Positions 27,667 to 37,768 of a DNA stretch of 64,000 bases are shown one piece after another; positions within the stretch are counted from its first letter, which is position 1, and every line of letters starts with the position of its first letter. A model generated the notes under the pieces. It ran no database searches, had not been told where the DNA came from, and worked only from the letters and a program-made list of their open reading frames with translations. The position numbers and the translations under genes were made by a program. The DNA is from a bacterium. GTDB lineage: Bacteria; Myxococcota_A; UBA9160; UBA4427. The stretch is from NCBI GenBank assembly GCA_031413515.1, contig JANOFF010000143.1, positions 10,539-74,538 of the forward strand. Direction: 5' to 3'.

Positions 27667-28532
27667 CGATACGTGGGCCGTGGCGCCGAGGGCGTGCCAG
27701 TGAGATCGAGGGTCGACCGGCCGCTCGCGTCGACCGGGACACCCATGCCCGCGACGAGCGCGCGCAGGGGAGGGCTCTTCAGTTCCAGATCGACGGCCAG
27801 CTCGAGCTGCGCCTCGCCGGGGCTCGCGCCGCGCCGGACCTGTCCCGTGACGCTCGAGAAGACGACGGGTCCATCGAGTTCGAAGCTGCGGACCCGCACC
27901 AGCGCGTCTCCGCCGAGCACGAGATCGCCATTGATCCGCTCGAAATCCAGTGGCATGGGGATCATCGGATGCTGGATCGAGCCCGCGCTGGCGTCGAAGC
28001 TGAGGGGGCCACTCGGCCCATCGGGCAGGAACACCAGATCTGCGGCGGCGGTCATCCGACCGGCGAGGAGCAGACCGCGAGGCAGTGGCAAGGGCAGCTT
28101 CGCGACGTCGAGATCGACGAACTCGCCCGTCCAGGACGGGGAGTCCCCGAGCACGACCACGCCATCCGCGCCGCCGAGTGCGCTCTCGATCTCGAGCTTG
28201 ATCGAGGCGTCACCGAAGAGCCAGCTGGTCGACCATGCGGGGCGAAGCCGAAGCACATCGATGTCGACGCGGGAACGGTCGGGCCGGATCAACTGGATGT
28301 CGTGGACCGCGATGCCCGGGCCGCCGATCGTGATGCGCGGTTCGATGTGCCCGATGCGCACATCGCTCTGGCTGATCGCGCCGATCTGCTCCGAAAGCGG
28401 CCGCGCCAGATCGTCGTACGGAAATCGCAGGAAGGAAAACACCACGATCAGGACGAAGGCGGCGATCGGCGTGCCGATCCACAGCAGCGAACGCGGGATC
28501 GGTGCCACGAGAATGTTGCCCGGACTGGCCAA
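27663..28532 (-). CDS. gspN: Type II secretion system protein N
   Basis: 289 aa. It has an N-terminal TM helix and sits last in the gsp order. The beta-rich periplasmic body is consistent with GspN. Confidence 0.7.
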   Translation of the reverse strand: MASPGNILVAPIPRSLLWIGTPIAAFVLIVVFSFLRFPYDDLARPLSEQIGAISQSDVRIGHIEPRITIGGPGIAVHDIQLIRPDRSRVDIDVLRLRPAWSTSWLFGDASIKLEIESALGGADGVVVLGDSPSWTGEFVDLDVAKLPLPLPRGLLLAGRMTAAADLVFLPDGPSGPLSFDASAGSIQHPMIPMPLDFERINGDLVLGGDALVRVRSFELDGPVVFSSVTGQVRRGASPGEAQLELAVDLELKSPPLRALVAGMGVPVDASGRSTLDLTGTPSAPRPTYR

Positions 28533-28544
28533 GGGGTCGGGCTC

Positions 28545-29096
28545 CTAGCTGGCCTCGAAGGAGGAGACCGAGAAGGTCACATCGAGCAGCTGACTCTGGT
28601 CGCTTCGCCCCTTGATGCGCAGGCTCTTCACCGAGAGCTGCTGGGGAGAAGATTCGATGTTGTGCAGATACTTGATCGTCTGCGAGAGCGAAACATTGCG
28701 CAGACTCACTTCGACCTTGGTCTCGACGTACTGGTCGTTCTTGCTGGCCTGGCGCTCTTCCATCGACGCGATCCGCACCGCCGAGTTCTGCGCGAGATTG
28801 TCGAGCAGAGTCCGGAGGTTCTGCTGGTTCCCCTGGTTCTTGATGCGCTCTTCGACGTGCTGGAGACGACCGCTGATCTCCGAGTACTCGCGCTGCAATC
28901 GGGCCATCGCCTGGATCTGCTGCTCGGCCGCGTCGACCCGGCTCGCAGCACGATCCGCCATGCCGAGAATGGGCATCACGACCGCGAAGATGGCGATCGC
29001 CAGGAGGACGGCCGCGCCCGCACTCGAGACCAGGACCTGCTCGCGAGGAGATAGATTGTCCCAGGCATTCCTGAGGCGTTCGAGGAGTTCCTTCAC
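28545..29096 (-). CDS. gspM: Type II secretion system protein M
   Basis: 183 aa. A short cytoplasmic N-terminus is followed by one TM helix (VLVSSAGAAVLLAIAIFAVVMPIL) and a coiled-coil/ferredoxin-like periplasmic domain. The gene overlaps the gspL stop. Confidence 0.75.
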   Translation of the reverse strand: MKELLERLRNAWDNLSPREQVLVSSAGAAVLLAIAIFAVVMPILGMADRAASRVDAAEQQIQAMARLQREYSEISGRLQHVEERIKNQGNQQNLRTLLDNLAQNSAVRIASMEERQASKNDQYVETKVEVSLRNVSLSQTIKYLHNIESSPQQLSVKSLRIKGRSDQSQLLDVTFSVSSFEAS

Positions 29097-30718
29097 GACG
29101 CGGTCTCGTCCGCTGCTTCGAGCGGGATGTTCAAGCTGAAGGTCACGCTCCCGTCCCGTTGTCGTTTCGCCTGGCCCGAAACGTCCACCTGCCCGAAGAC
29201 CGGCTCGCCTCGCAGTTCGTTCTCGAGACGATCCATCGATTCGTAGCTGTCCGTCGTGACCTTGATGCGGATCACGTCCCGGTCGATGGCGATCTCGTCG
29301 ATCTTGATCTTCAGCTCGGTCGGAATGCGGGCCGACAGTCGGGTCATCAGGTCGAGGGCGGACAGGTTGCCGCCATACAGACCGAGGAAATCTGCCCGCT
29401 CACGCGCAGCGTTGACCGCGGTGCCGAGGGCCGCCATCGGACGATCGGGCGCGGGCTGGCCGGGGAACAGTCCGCTGTAGATCGAAACCGCCTGATTCTC
29501 GAGCCGGTCGGCGCGATGCGACTCGAGGGCGATCGAACTGACCGTCGAGATGATCAGCAGCAGAACGAAGATCCCGGCCATGATCGCGGTGGGACGGAGC
29601 TCCGGACCGAGCAACCAACCGAAGTCCGACTTGTAGGCGAACTCGCCCTGCCGGAAGTCGATGCGTGTGACCGAGTGCGCCGTGGCACGGAGCGCCAACG
29701 CGATCGCCGGGCCGAAGAGCACGGGATCGCCGCCGGCGATCAGGGCCGCCGATTCCGCATCCTCGGGTGGGCTCAGCCGACGCGCGGGAATGCCGGTCCG
29801 CTCGGTCAGGAACTCATCGAGACGCCGCAGGTGCGCACCCCCGCCCATCAGTGTGATCTCGGTGACGGCGCCGATTCCTTCGGAGCCGAGTGCGGCTTCC
29901 TGAGCTTCGAGCGTACGCAGGATCTCGCGCACGATTCGATCGAGCTGGGACACGGCAGTCGGCGACGAGCTGTTCCAGCCCAGCTCGAAGAGCCCGCGCT
30001 CGCACTTGTGTGTCTCTGCTTGTTCGAGAGACAGACCGGTGTCCCGCGCGATCGCCTGGGTGATCCCGAGCCCGCCGGTCGGAATCGTGCGAGCCGTCAG
30101 CGGGCTCCCGTCGCGGATCAGGCAGAAGGTCGTCTTGCGGTGGCCCACGTCGACGAGCAGGCGGATGCCCGACAGGTCGAAGAGGCTCGCGAGGTTCGCG
30201 AGCACGAGACCCTCGGCTTCGAGGATGCGCGGCTGACAACCGGCCTGACCGAGCAATCCGATCATCCGGGCGATGTCCACCCGCTGGGCGACGGCGGCGG
30301 CGACCACGGCGTGATTGCGCTGACCCTCGATCAATTGCCAGTCGATCACGACGTCGTCCAGCTCGAAGGGAATCTCGCTCTCGACCTCGAACGGCACCGC
30401 AGAGCTGAGGCGCCGACGATCGCTGAACGGAAATTCGAGGCGGCGCAGACTGACGCGACCTCCATCGATCGCACAAGCCACGTGCTCGGTGGAAAATGCG
30501 TGTGCGCGCAGGAAGTGCTGGAGTGCCTCGGCCTGGGCGTCGGACAAGGCGTCGGCTCGAGCTTCGGCCTGCGCTTCGGGAGGGGCAGCCGGGGTCTCGG
30601 CCGATGCGTGGATCCGCATCTGGACCGGCTCGAGGCCACGGAACGTCTGGCGCAGCTCGACCGCCTTGAGCGAATGCGCGCCGACATCCAGCCCGAGCAC
30701 GTTCTTCATCATCGGCAT
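29093..30718 (-). CDS. gspL: Type II secretion system protein L (PilM-like actin-fold N-domain + TM + periplasmic domain)
   Basis: The ATG at 30718 opens MPMMKNVLGLDVGAHSLKAVEL, an actin-like ATPase-fold start. A mid-protein TM helix (TAIMAGIFVLLLIISTV) follows. At 541 aa it is larger than typical GspL. Confidence 0.78.
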   Translation of the reverse strand: MPMMKNVLGLDVGAHSLKAVELRQTFRGLEPVQMRIHASAETPAAPPEAQAEARADALSDAQAEALQHFLRAHAFSTEHVACAIDGGRVSLRRLEFPFSDRRRLSSAVPFEVESEIPFELDDVVIDWQLIEGQRNHAVVAAAVAQRVDIARMIGLLGQAGCQPRILEAEGLVLANLASLFDLSGIRLLVDVGHRKTTFCLIRDGSPLTARTIPTGGLGITQAIARDTGLSLEQAETHKCERGLFELGWNSSSPTAVSQLDRIVREILRTLEAQEAALGSEGIGAVTEITLMGGGAHLRRLDEFLTERTGIPARRLSPPEDAESAALIAGGDPVLFGPAIALALRATAHSVTRIDFRQGEFAYKSDFGWLLGPELRPTAIMAGIFVLLLIISTVSSIALESHRADRLENQAVSIYSGLFPGQPAPDRPMAALGTAVNAARERADFLGLYGGNLSALDLMTRLSARIPTELKIKIDEIAIDRDVIRIKVTTDSYESMDRLENELRGEPVFGQVDVSGQAKRQRDGSVTFSLNIPLEAADETAS

Positions 30719-30752
30719 GAGGAAGACCTCTTCATCCAACCACCCGGGCTCA

Positions 30753-31820
30753 CTAGAGCGCGCGCCACGATAGCAGGCGAGGGTTCGGGCCGTCCGAGAC
30801 ATCGACGACCGCTTCGATCGAGTAGACGACATCGTTCAGTCGTGCTTCGGACACGACCTCGAACACCAGGCTGTCGGCCGGAAGATCGATGGGGGGGAAC
30901 ACGGATCCCTCACCGAGTTCGAGCACCTCGTTCAGTCCCACGCACTTTTCCGGTGCGCGCTCCGTCTCGGTGCAGATGAGGCTGCCCGCATCGCGCTTCT
31001 CGATGATGCGCTTCACCAGATCCGCGTCGGCCAGCACCTTGTCGGTGGCGTCCCCGTAGTAGATCAGGCTCAGCACATGCGGCGGAGCGGTGTTGAAGTT
31101 GATCCCCGAATCGCCCACCAGTGGATGGACCGTGACGTAGGGGCGCATCAGATCCGCGAATTTCGAGTCGAAGCCCTCCACCATCGCGATCTCGTCGACA
31201 CTGAGAAGGGGACGGTTCGCGGCGACATACGGGGGATCCTGGAGCTGGTAGTAGTCGTTCTCGTTCTGGCCGCTCCGCGACACTTCGTCGACGTCGATGT
31301 AGTCGAGCAGGTTGCGAGCCAGTTCGCGCGGCTCGCGGAGTTGACCGTCTTCGGGCAGTTCGTTGTTCTCGATCAGACGTTCGAGGAGATCGGTCAGGAA
31401 CTCCTCGGCTTCATCGCTCGGCTCCGTCTCTGACTCGTTGAGGCCGACGGGTACCAGGGCGTTGAGGTTCAAGCGGGCTCCGCTGTCCTGGATCCGGACC
31501 GTCAGCACGGCTCCCGATTCCATCGTCAATGGACTGGCCGCCAGACGCGCCCAGAGATCGTCGAGGCTCGTGCCCGTCGACTCTGCGCCCTGTTCTGCGA
31601 TCCGCTTCTGAAACTGGTCCTCGAACAGCACCGCGATCGCGAGTTGCACGCCACCGCGAGCCAGCGCCGCGGCCTCGGCGGCACCGCTGCGATTGTCGAC
31701 CACGAACTTGTCCACCACAGCTCTCCGGACGAACGACACGATGGCCGCCGAGAGCATCATCCCGATGATCAGGACGAGGGGGAGTACGACGCCTCGTCGG
31801 CGCCGATCGACGATGTTCAT
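30753..31820 (-). CDS. gspK: Type II secretion system minor pseudopilin K
   Basis: MNIVDRRRRGVVLPLVLIIGMMLSAAIVSF, plus SAM/helix-hairpin-helix-like repeats typical of GspK. The ATG overlaps the gspJ stop. Confidence 0.8.
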   Translation of the reverse strand: MNIVDRRRRGVVLPLVLIIGMMLSAAIVSFVRRAVVDKFVVDNRSGAAEAAALARGGVQLAIAVLFEDQFQKRIAEQGAESTGTSLDDLWARLAASPLTMESGAVLTVRIQDSGARLNLNALVPVGLNESETEPSDEAEEFLTDLLERLIENNELPEDGQLREPRELARNLLDYIDVDEVSRSGQNENDYYQLQDPPYVAANRPLLSVDEIAMVEGFDSKFADLMRPYVTVHPLVGDSGINFNTAPPHVLSLIYYGDATDKVLADADLVKRIIEKRDAGSLICTETERAPEKCVGLNEVLELGEGSVFPPIDLPADSLVFEVVSEARLNDVVYSIEAVVDVSDGPNPRLLSWRAL

Positions 31821-32857
31821 CGGCAACCCCACGCGGGCGGAACTGCGACACCGAAGGTCGCGATCTTGAGACTGTTGATGTTCGCCCAGACCTGGCAGTT
31901 CTGGGCACCGAACTGCCCCACGCAGGCGTCGAAGTTCCGGTTCACGCAGTCCGCCACCGTCATCCCTTCACCTTCTTCCGTTCTGGGGTCCGGCTCGATC
32001 GGATTGCCGTCTTCGTCGAGTTCGACTTCTTCGTCGTCGGTACCGCCGGCGGCGGCCAGCGCCTGCTCGGCCAGTGCCTTGTCCTGGATCATCTTGGCGA
32101 GATCGAGGGGGCGTTGGAGCAGGACGACCACGCGCTCGTAGCTCGGCAGTTGTTCGAGGGCCTGTTCATCGCCCACGTCCTGCGGTCCGGCGGGGCCCCA
32201 CACGTCGACCACCACCTCGACCGCCGTCGGAAGTTCGCCTGAGGCCACGAGCTGCGTCGAATCCCAGTCGTCGACCCACTCGCCCGCCTCGTTCCTGAAG
32301 CGGAACACGACGCCGCGGAGTCCCTCGGCCACGGCATAGCTGCCGGGAGTCTCGACCGACGGGAAGCCCAGCTCGGTAGCCGACGGAAGAGTCGGCGAGG
32401 ACCAGCGGTAGAGCGTGACGGTCCCGTCCTCTTCGACGACGCTGAAGTACGCGATCTGTGCGAGGTCCGACACGTGATACGCACTGACCTTCGGTCGCTG
32501 GCTGCGCGTGATGAATTTGAGGGCGTCAGAGCCCGCGAACGAGTGCTGACTGATCGCGGTGAAGTACCACGGCCAGGCGAGCGGATCCGAATCTTCCGGA
32601 CGTGTGAGCAGTGTGACCCCCGAGAGATCGCGCGAGACGCGCTCGAGCACCGAGGTGGCGTCGATCCCTTCCTGGATCGACTCGACGGCGCGCTGGCTCG
32701 AGTTCGAGAGATTGATGTAGAAGCCGAGTGCGACACTCACCACGATGGTGGTCAGGAACACTGCCGCCAGCACCTCGATCAGCGTGAAGCCGATCGATCG
32801 GCGCGGGCTGCGAGAGCGGCCAGAGGGCATCGAGGTGTCGATTCGACTCTGCATCAC
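31817..32857 (-). CDS. gspJ: Type II secretion minor pseudopilin J with C-terminal acidic/Cys-rich extension
   Basis: Prepilin-type leader (...RRSIGFTLIEVLAAVFL). At 346 aa it carries about 90 extra C-terminal residues with 4 Cys. Confidence 0.75.
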   Translation of the reverse strand: MMQSRIDTSMPSGRSRSPRRSIGFTLIEVLAAVFLTTIVVSVALGFYINLSNSSQRAVESIQEGIDATSVLERVSRDLSGVTLLTRPEDSDPLAWPWYFTAISQHSFAGSDALKFITRSQRPKVSAYHVSDLAQIAYFSVVEEDGTVTLYRWSSPTLPSATELGFPSVETPGSYAVAEGLRGVVFRFRNEAGEWVDDWDSTQLVASGELPTAVEVVVDVWGPAGPQDVGDEQALEQLPSYERVVVLLQRPLDLAKMIQDKALAEQALAAAGGTDDEEVELDEDGNPIEPDPRTEEGEGMTVADCVNRNFDACVGQFGAQNCQVWANINSLKIATFGVAVPPAWGCR

Positions 32858-33474
32858 GGGTTGTCTTCTGCCGGTGGCGTGGGAACCGGCGGCTGGTTGC
32901 CTTGTCCCGGAGTCGCGGGAGCGGAACTCTGGAGACCGGCGTCGTCATAGGCTTGTCGAGCCGCGACCAGGTCGAAGGCGAAGGTGGTCCGATCCACCCA
33001 CTGCTCCATTTCTCCTTCGAGCCACGAGACCCGAACGTCGATCCTCCGGAGATGCGCGCTGCGTTCCGGCATTTCGCTCGCGATCAACTGGTCGAGGGGC
33101 AGGGCGAGTTCGCCGGAGTCTGGTGCGGACGGGTTCACCACTGGCGCAGCGGCTTGTGGATCAGCGCCGACGAAGGGGGCAACGATCACGCTCAACACAT
33201 AGATGTCCTGTTCGCTCGTCTCCTCCATCGGTTCGGGTGCCGAGCCGTCGGTCGTCGAAGCCTCGAGATCCGACAGGATGCGGTCGGCGATCATGCTCGC
33301 CTCCAGGCGCCGACGGCTGACCCCCTCGGCGCGGAGTCCCTGCATGCCCGTGCCGGCGATCACGATGAACCAGATGCTCAGGATCGCGACCGCGGCGAGC
33401 ACCTCGAGGAGCGTGAAGCCGTCGCGGGTGCCGCGATCCGAGGCGTTCGAGGTGATCGTGTTCCGGGCGATCAA
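32854..33474 (-). CDS. gspI: Type II secretion minor pseudopilin I (extended)
   Basis: Prepilin-type leader (RDGFTLLEVLAAVAILS). 206 aa with a Pro-rich C-terminus. Confidence 0.7.
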   Translation of the reverse strand: MIARNTITSNASDRGTRDGFTLLEVLAAVAILSIWFIVIAGTGMQGLRAEGVSRRRLEASMIADRILSDLEASTTDGSAPEPMEETSEQDIYVLSVIVAPFVGADPQAAAPVVNPSAPDSGELALPLDQLIASEMPERSAHLRRIDVRVSWLEGEMEQWVDRTTFAFDLVAARQAYDDAGLQSSAPATPGQGNQPPVPTPPAEDNP

Positions 33475-34106
33475 CGGGCTTCCTCGCCGACGCGTCGGAT
33501 CCGGACGCGATCGAGCAGCGGTTGGACCTCGACGATCACGCGGTTCTCGAACGCGTCCGCCACGATGACTTCGGCGTAATCGGTCGATCCGTCGCTCCCG
33601 AACACGAGTTGCACCTCTCCGACTTCGATGAAGCCCTCCGGCGTGTCGATACCGACGAACGAGAAGTCGGCCGGGAGGAACTCGATGCTGCCGAATCGAT
33701 TGGGGACCGGGTGATAGTCACGTTCGAGGCTTTCGGGAGGTGTCAGCGAGATCTCGGCGCCGTCGCTCGCGTCCGGGTTCGGCTCCGCGGGCGGCTCGGC
33801 TTCGAACTCGCCGTCGCCGATCGCGCGGGCTGCGCGTTCTTCGTCCACGAACCAGTCGACGCGCATCGCTCCCTCTCCGACCTCGAAGAGGACTCGATGA
33901 GGTGCGCCGGTCATGATCGCGCGCTCACGCGCGAGTTCGACGCGGCGCCCCACCTCGCGGGCCTGATCCTCGAGGCGCGTCATCCGGGAAGCATCGAGGT
34001 TTGGCAGGAAGAGCGCGAACATCAGGCCGATGATCAGGATCACCGCCATCATCTCGATGAGCGTGAAGCCGCGGCGAACCGTCGGCCGCCGCCCGGACGA
34101 GTACAA
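33471..34106 (-). CDS. gspH: Type II secretion minor pseudopilin H
   Basis: Prepilin-type leader (RRGFTLIEMMAVILIIGLM). 211 aa. Confidence 0.72.
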   Translation of the reverse strand: MYSSGRRPTVRRGFTLIEMMAVILIIGLMFALFLPNLDASRMTRLEDQAREVGRRVELARERAIMTGAPHRVLFEVGEGAMRVDWFVDEERAARAIGDGEFEAEPPAEPNPDASDGAEISLTPPESLERDYHPVPNRFGSIEFLPADFSFVGIDTPEGFIEVGEVQLVFGSDGSTDYAEVIVADAFENRVIVEVQPLLDRVRIRRVGEEAR

Positions 34107-34111
34107 GGAGT

Positions 34112-34588
34112 TCAGCCTCCTTCGGTCGTCGAGGCATCCCAGTTGCCCAGATCCGAATCGCCGTCCTCGCCCCCCGGAGCGGCATCCGCACCCTGGGTCC
34201 AGAGATCGAACGAGTGCGGGTTGTGGGTCCCGGGGTTGGCGTACTGGAACGGCTCACCCCACGGATCGAGCATCGCGTCACGCTTTTTCAGATAGCCGCC
34301 CGGCGGGTAGTTGCGCGGCGCCGGATCGCCCGTCGGCATCGTGACGAGGGATTCGAGTCCCTGGTCGCCGGACGGGTAGCGCCCATTGTCCATCCGGTAG
34401 AACTCGAGTGCACTCTCGAGTTGGCTGATCTGTGCCTTGGCGGTCGACAGCCGGGCCTTGTCGATCTGCGCCTTGATGTTCACGCCGACCACCGCCATCA
34501 GCATGCCCATGATGAGCACGACGGCCATGATCTCGATCAGCGTGAAGGCGGCGTGGCGCCGTCGTGAATCGGGTTCGTTGGAATCCAT
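34112..34588 (-). CDS. gspG: Type II secretion major pseudopilin G
   Basis: The ATG at 34588 is chosen because the longer ORF start at 34660 would overlap gspF. AAFTLIEIMAVVLIMGMLMAVV...AKAQISQLESALEFYRMDNGRYP...DPWGEPFQY is the classic GspG signature. Confidence 0.9.
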   Translation of the reverse strand: MDSNEPDSRRRHAAFTLIEIMAVVLIMGMLMAVVGVNIKAQIDKARLSTAKAQISQLESALEFYRMDNGRYPSGDQGLESLVTMPTGDPAPRNYPPGGYLKKRDAMLDPWGEPFQYANPGTHNPHSFDLWTQGADAAPGGEDGDSDLGNWDASTTEGG

Positions 34589-34659
34589 GCTTGGCCTCTC
34601 TTGCGTTGCTTGGTTCGGATCCCCCGATCGGACGGGGGGTCGGCGGATGTGGCTGTTCA

Positions 34660-35901
34660 TCAGTTGAGCGAGTTCGTGATCGAGAGCAGCGGCATCAGGG
34701 TCGCCATGATGATCACGAGCACAATGCCCACCATCAGAAGGATCAGGAGGGGTTCCATCAGCGAGGTCAGTCGGGTGACTGTCGCTTCGACCTGCTCATC
34801 GTAGGTCTGGGCCACCTTGGCGAGCATGGATTCGAGGTCGCCGGCACGCTCGCCGACTTCGACCATCGTGATCACCATCGGCGGGAACTCGCCGCTCTGC
34901 CGGAGGGGCTTCGCGAGTGTGGCCCCCTCGAGCACGCTCGTCCTGGCATTGTTGATCGCCGCCGCGATCACACTGTTGTTGGCGACGTGACGCGCGATCT
35001 CCAGCGATTGGACGATGTTGACGCCGCCCGACAACAGCGACGACAGCGTGCGGGTGAATCGCGCGATCGCGATGGTCCGAACGACCCGGCCCACGATCGG
35101 GATTCGCAGTGTGGTCCGATCGATCGTGTCCCGTCCGCGCGCCGTCCGGCCGACCGCGCGGAAGCCCGCGATCAGCAGGCCCATGGCCGCGAGGATCGCC
35201 CACCAGTAGCCGCGCACGAAATCAGCGCCGCCGATCACCCAGCGCGTATAGAACGGAAGCTCCTCGCCCAGCGACAGCAGCAGGGAAGTGATCTGGGGCA
35301 GCACGACGGAGACGAGCACGGCGACCACCAGCATCGCGAATCCGAGCATCACTGCCGGGTAGACGAGGATCGAAGTGACCTTGCTCGCCAAGCGCACCTG
35401 ATCCTCGAGATAGTCGGCGATCCGCTCGAGCACCTTGTCGAGGGCGCCGCTGGCTTCACCCGCTCGGATCATGCTGATGTACAGCGTGTCGAACTTCCTG
35501 GTCGAACTGAGGGCATCGGCGAGCGACGAACCCTCGTTCACCCGGTCGCGGACCTGCGCGAAGACAGACTTGAGTGTCGCGTGTTCGATCTGCTCGACCA
35601 GTGCGCTGAGGGATTCCACCAGGGGAATGCCTGCTCCCACCAGCGTCGCCAGCTGGCGCGTCGCGATCGAGCGTTCGGTGGTGGGAATCCGCGCGGGCAA
35701 TTCGAAGGTCCAGCGCGAAGTTCCTCCGGTGGACTCACGGGCCTTCGAGTCGGCACGGGCTTCCGTCGATTCCTGGATCTCGGTCAGGAAGACACCGTCG
35801 GTCCGCATCCGAGCCCGGGCCGCCCGCAGACTCTCCGCGCTGATCGTGCCCTTCTGGCTCTTTCCGGCGTTGGTCACGCCCTTGTATGCATAGATGGGCA
35901 A
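34660..35901 (-). CDS. gspF: Type II secretion system inner-membrane platform protein F
   Basis: 413 aa with a TTG start. (M)PIYAYKGVTNAGKSQKGTISAES..., and the GspF domains are duplicated. Confidence 0.9.
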   Translation of the reverse strand: MPIYAYKGVTNAGKSQKGTISAESLRAARARMRTDGVFLTEIQESTEARADSKARESTGGTSRWTFELPARIPTTERSIATRQLATLVGAGIPLVESLSALVEQIEHATLKSVFAQVRDRVNEGSSLADALSSTRKFDTLYISMIRAGEASGALDKVLERIADYLEDQVRLASKVTSILVYPAVMLGFAMLVVAVLVSVVLPQITSLLLSLGEELPFYTRWVIGGADFVRGYWWAILAAMGLLIAGFRAVGRTARGRDTIDRTTLRIPIVGRVVRTIAIARFTRTLSSLLSGGVNIVQSLEIARHVANNSVIAAAINNARTSVLEGATLAKPLRQSGEFPPMVITMVEVGERAGDLESMLAKVAQTYDEQVEATVTRLTSLMEPLLILLMVGIVLVIIMATLMPLLSITNSLN

Positions 35902-35968
35902 GCGACTTCTTTCTCTCTATCGATCGTTCCCGCGCCCACGTCGACGCGGCCATCGGGTGATCCAGGAT

Positions 35969-37768
35969 TCAGATCTGTTCGATCGAGCCTTCTTCTTCGG
36001 TGGCGCGAACCAGTTCGGCGACCGAGGTGATTCCGCGCAACACCTTTCGTGCACCGTCGCCACGCAGAGTTCCCATTCCCTTGGACACCGCCTGCTTCTT
36101 GATCGTCTTGGAGTCGACGTTCTTCGACACCAGCGCACGGATCTCGTCGTCCACGATCATCAACTCGAAGATGCCGATCCGTCCGCGATAGCCGGTCTGC
36201 GCGCAGGCTGGACACCCCGTGGCGCGGAACAGGGTCACGGGTTGTCCGGGCGGGCGGACTCCCATCTCGCGCAGTTCTCCGTCGCTGGCCACATAGCCTT
36301 CGCGGCAGCGAGGACACAGGACGCGGACGAGGCGTTGTGCCAGCACGGCCACCAACGACGACCCCACCAGGAAGGGTTCGACCCCCATGTCGACGAGTCG
36401 CGTGATCGCTGCGGCTGCGTCGTTTGTGTGCAGCGTCGAGAGCACGAGGTGACCCGTGAGGGATGCCTGGATCGCGATGTCCGCGGTCTCCTTGTCGCGG
36501 ATCTCGCCCACGAGCACGACGTTCGGATCCTGGCGCAGGATCGCGCGCAACCCGGTCGCGAACGTGAGGTTGATCTTCGGATTGACCTCGATCTGTCCGA
36601 TCCCCTCCTGCGTGATCTCGACGGGTTCCTCGATGGTGATGATGTTCTTGTCGGTCTGATTGATCTCGGCGATGCACGAGTGGAGCGTCGTGGTCTTGCC
36701 GCTGCCCGTCGGTCCCGTGACGAGGAAGATCCCGTTCGGTCGCCGGATGATGCGATCGAGTGCGCGCCGCTGCGTCTCGTTGAATCCGATCTTCTCGAGA
36801 TCGAGCTTGGTCTGGGCGTCGGGCAGGAGTCGCAGCACCAGCCGCTCGCCGTGGGAGACGGGCACCGTGGAGAGCCGCACGTCGTAGTCACGTCCAGCGA
36901 TCTTCAGTCGGATGCGTCCGTCCTGGGGCAATCGTTTCTCCGCGATGTCCAGATTGCCCATGATCTTGATGCGCGATGCGATGCTGGCCTGCAGGCTGCG
37001 TGGAAGAGGGCGCATCGGCTCGTACAGCACATCGTCGATCCGGAAGCGGATCCGGATCTCCTTCTCGAACGGTTCGATGTGGATGTCGCTCGCCCGCTCC
37101 TTGACCGCGTGTTGCAGCATGGAGTTCACGAGCCGGATGATGGGTGCGTCGTCCTTGGCATCGAGGAGATCCTGGGGTTCGTGGAGCGCCTCGTCGGCGA
37201 GTGCATCGAGGTCGTCCGTGGCCGCCTCGGCGAGCAGGTCGGTCGATGCTCCGCCGCGATCATAGGACTCGTTGATGACCGAGAGGATCAGCCGCTCGCT
37301 CGCGAGGCTGAGTTCCACGTCGACTCCGCCGAACAGGATGCGGAGATCGTCGAGGGGAGCCGTCTCGAGCGGATCCGCCGAGACGACGTGGAGGATCTGC
37401 CGCTGCTCGTCGAACGCAAGGGGCAGGATCCGATGCTGTTTCGCGAACGAGATGGGAACGCGCTGGATCAGGTGCTCGTCGACTTCGTCCGGGGAGAGAC
37501 TCTGACGGACTTCGAGATGCAACTGCGCGGCCACGCCCGCCAGGACTTCGTCGCCGTTCAGGAAGCCCTCCTCGACGATCACGTCGATCAGGCGTTCGTG
37601 ACTCTCGCGCTGCTGTGCCCTGGCTCGATCCAACTGCTCCGGCTGAAGTCTCGTCGTGCGCAGCAGGATCTCGCCGAGTTCGAGTTCGCTGCGACAGACG
37701 GCCGGGATCGTGGTGCCCGTGACGTCGGCGCGCACTCCAGCGGCGCGCCCGGGTTCGAGCGCGCTCAT
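35969..37768 (-). CDS. gspE: Type II secretion system ATPase E
   Basis: 599 aa. Walker A is GPTGSGKTTTL. Asp/His boxes are present, as is the tetracysteine motif (CPRC...CPAC). The ATG overlaps the gspD stop. Confidence 0.93.
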   Translation of the reverse strand: MSALEPGRAAGVRADVTGTTIPAVCRSELELGEILLRTTRLQPEQLDRARAQQRESHERLIDVIVEEGFLNGDEVLAGVAAQLHLEVRQSLSPDEVDEHLIQRVPISFAKQHRILPLAFDEQRQILHVVSADPLETAPLDDLRILFGGVDVELSLASERLILSVINESYDRGGASTDLLAEAATDDLDALADEALHEPQDLLDAKDDAPIIRLVNSMLQHAVKERASDIHIEPFEKEIRIRFRIDDVLYEPMRPLPRSLQASIASRIKIMGNLDIAEKRLPQDGRIRLKIAGRDYDVRLSTVPVSHGERLVLRLLPDAQTKLDLEKIGFNETQRRALDRIIRRPNGIFLVTGPTGSGKTTTLHSCIAEINQTDKNIITIEEPVEITQEGIGQIEVNPKINLTFATGLRAILRQDPNVVLVGEIRDKETADIAIQASLTGHLVLSTLHTNDAAAAITRLVDMGVEPFLVGSSLVAVLAQRLVRVLCPRCREGYVASDGELREMGVRPPGQPVTLFRATGCPACAQTGYRGRIGIFELMIVDDEIRALVSKNVDSKTIKKQAVSKGMGTLRGDGARKVLRGITSVAELVRATEEEGSIEQI

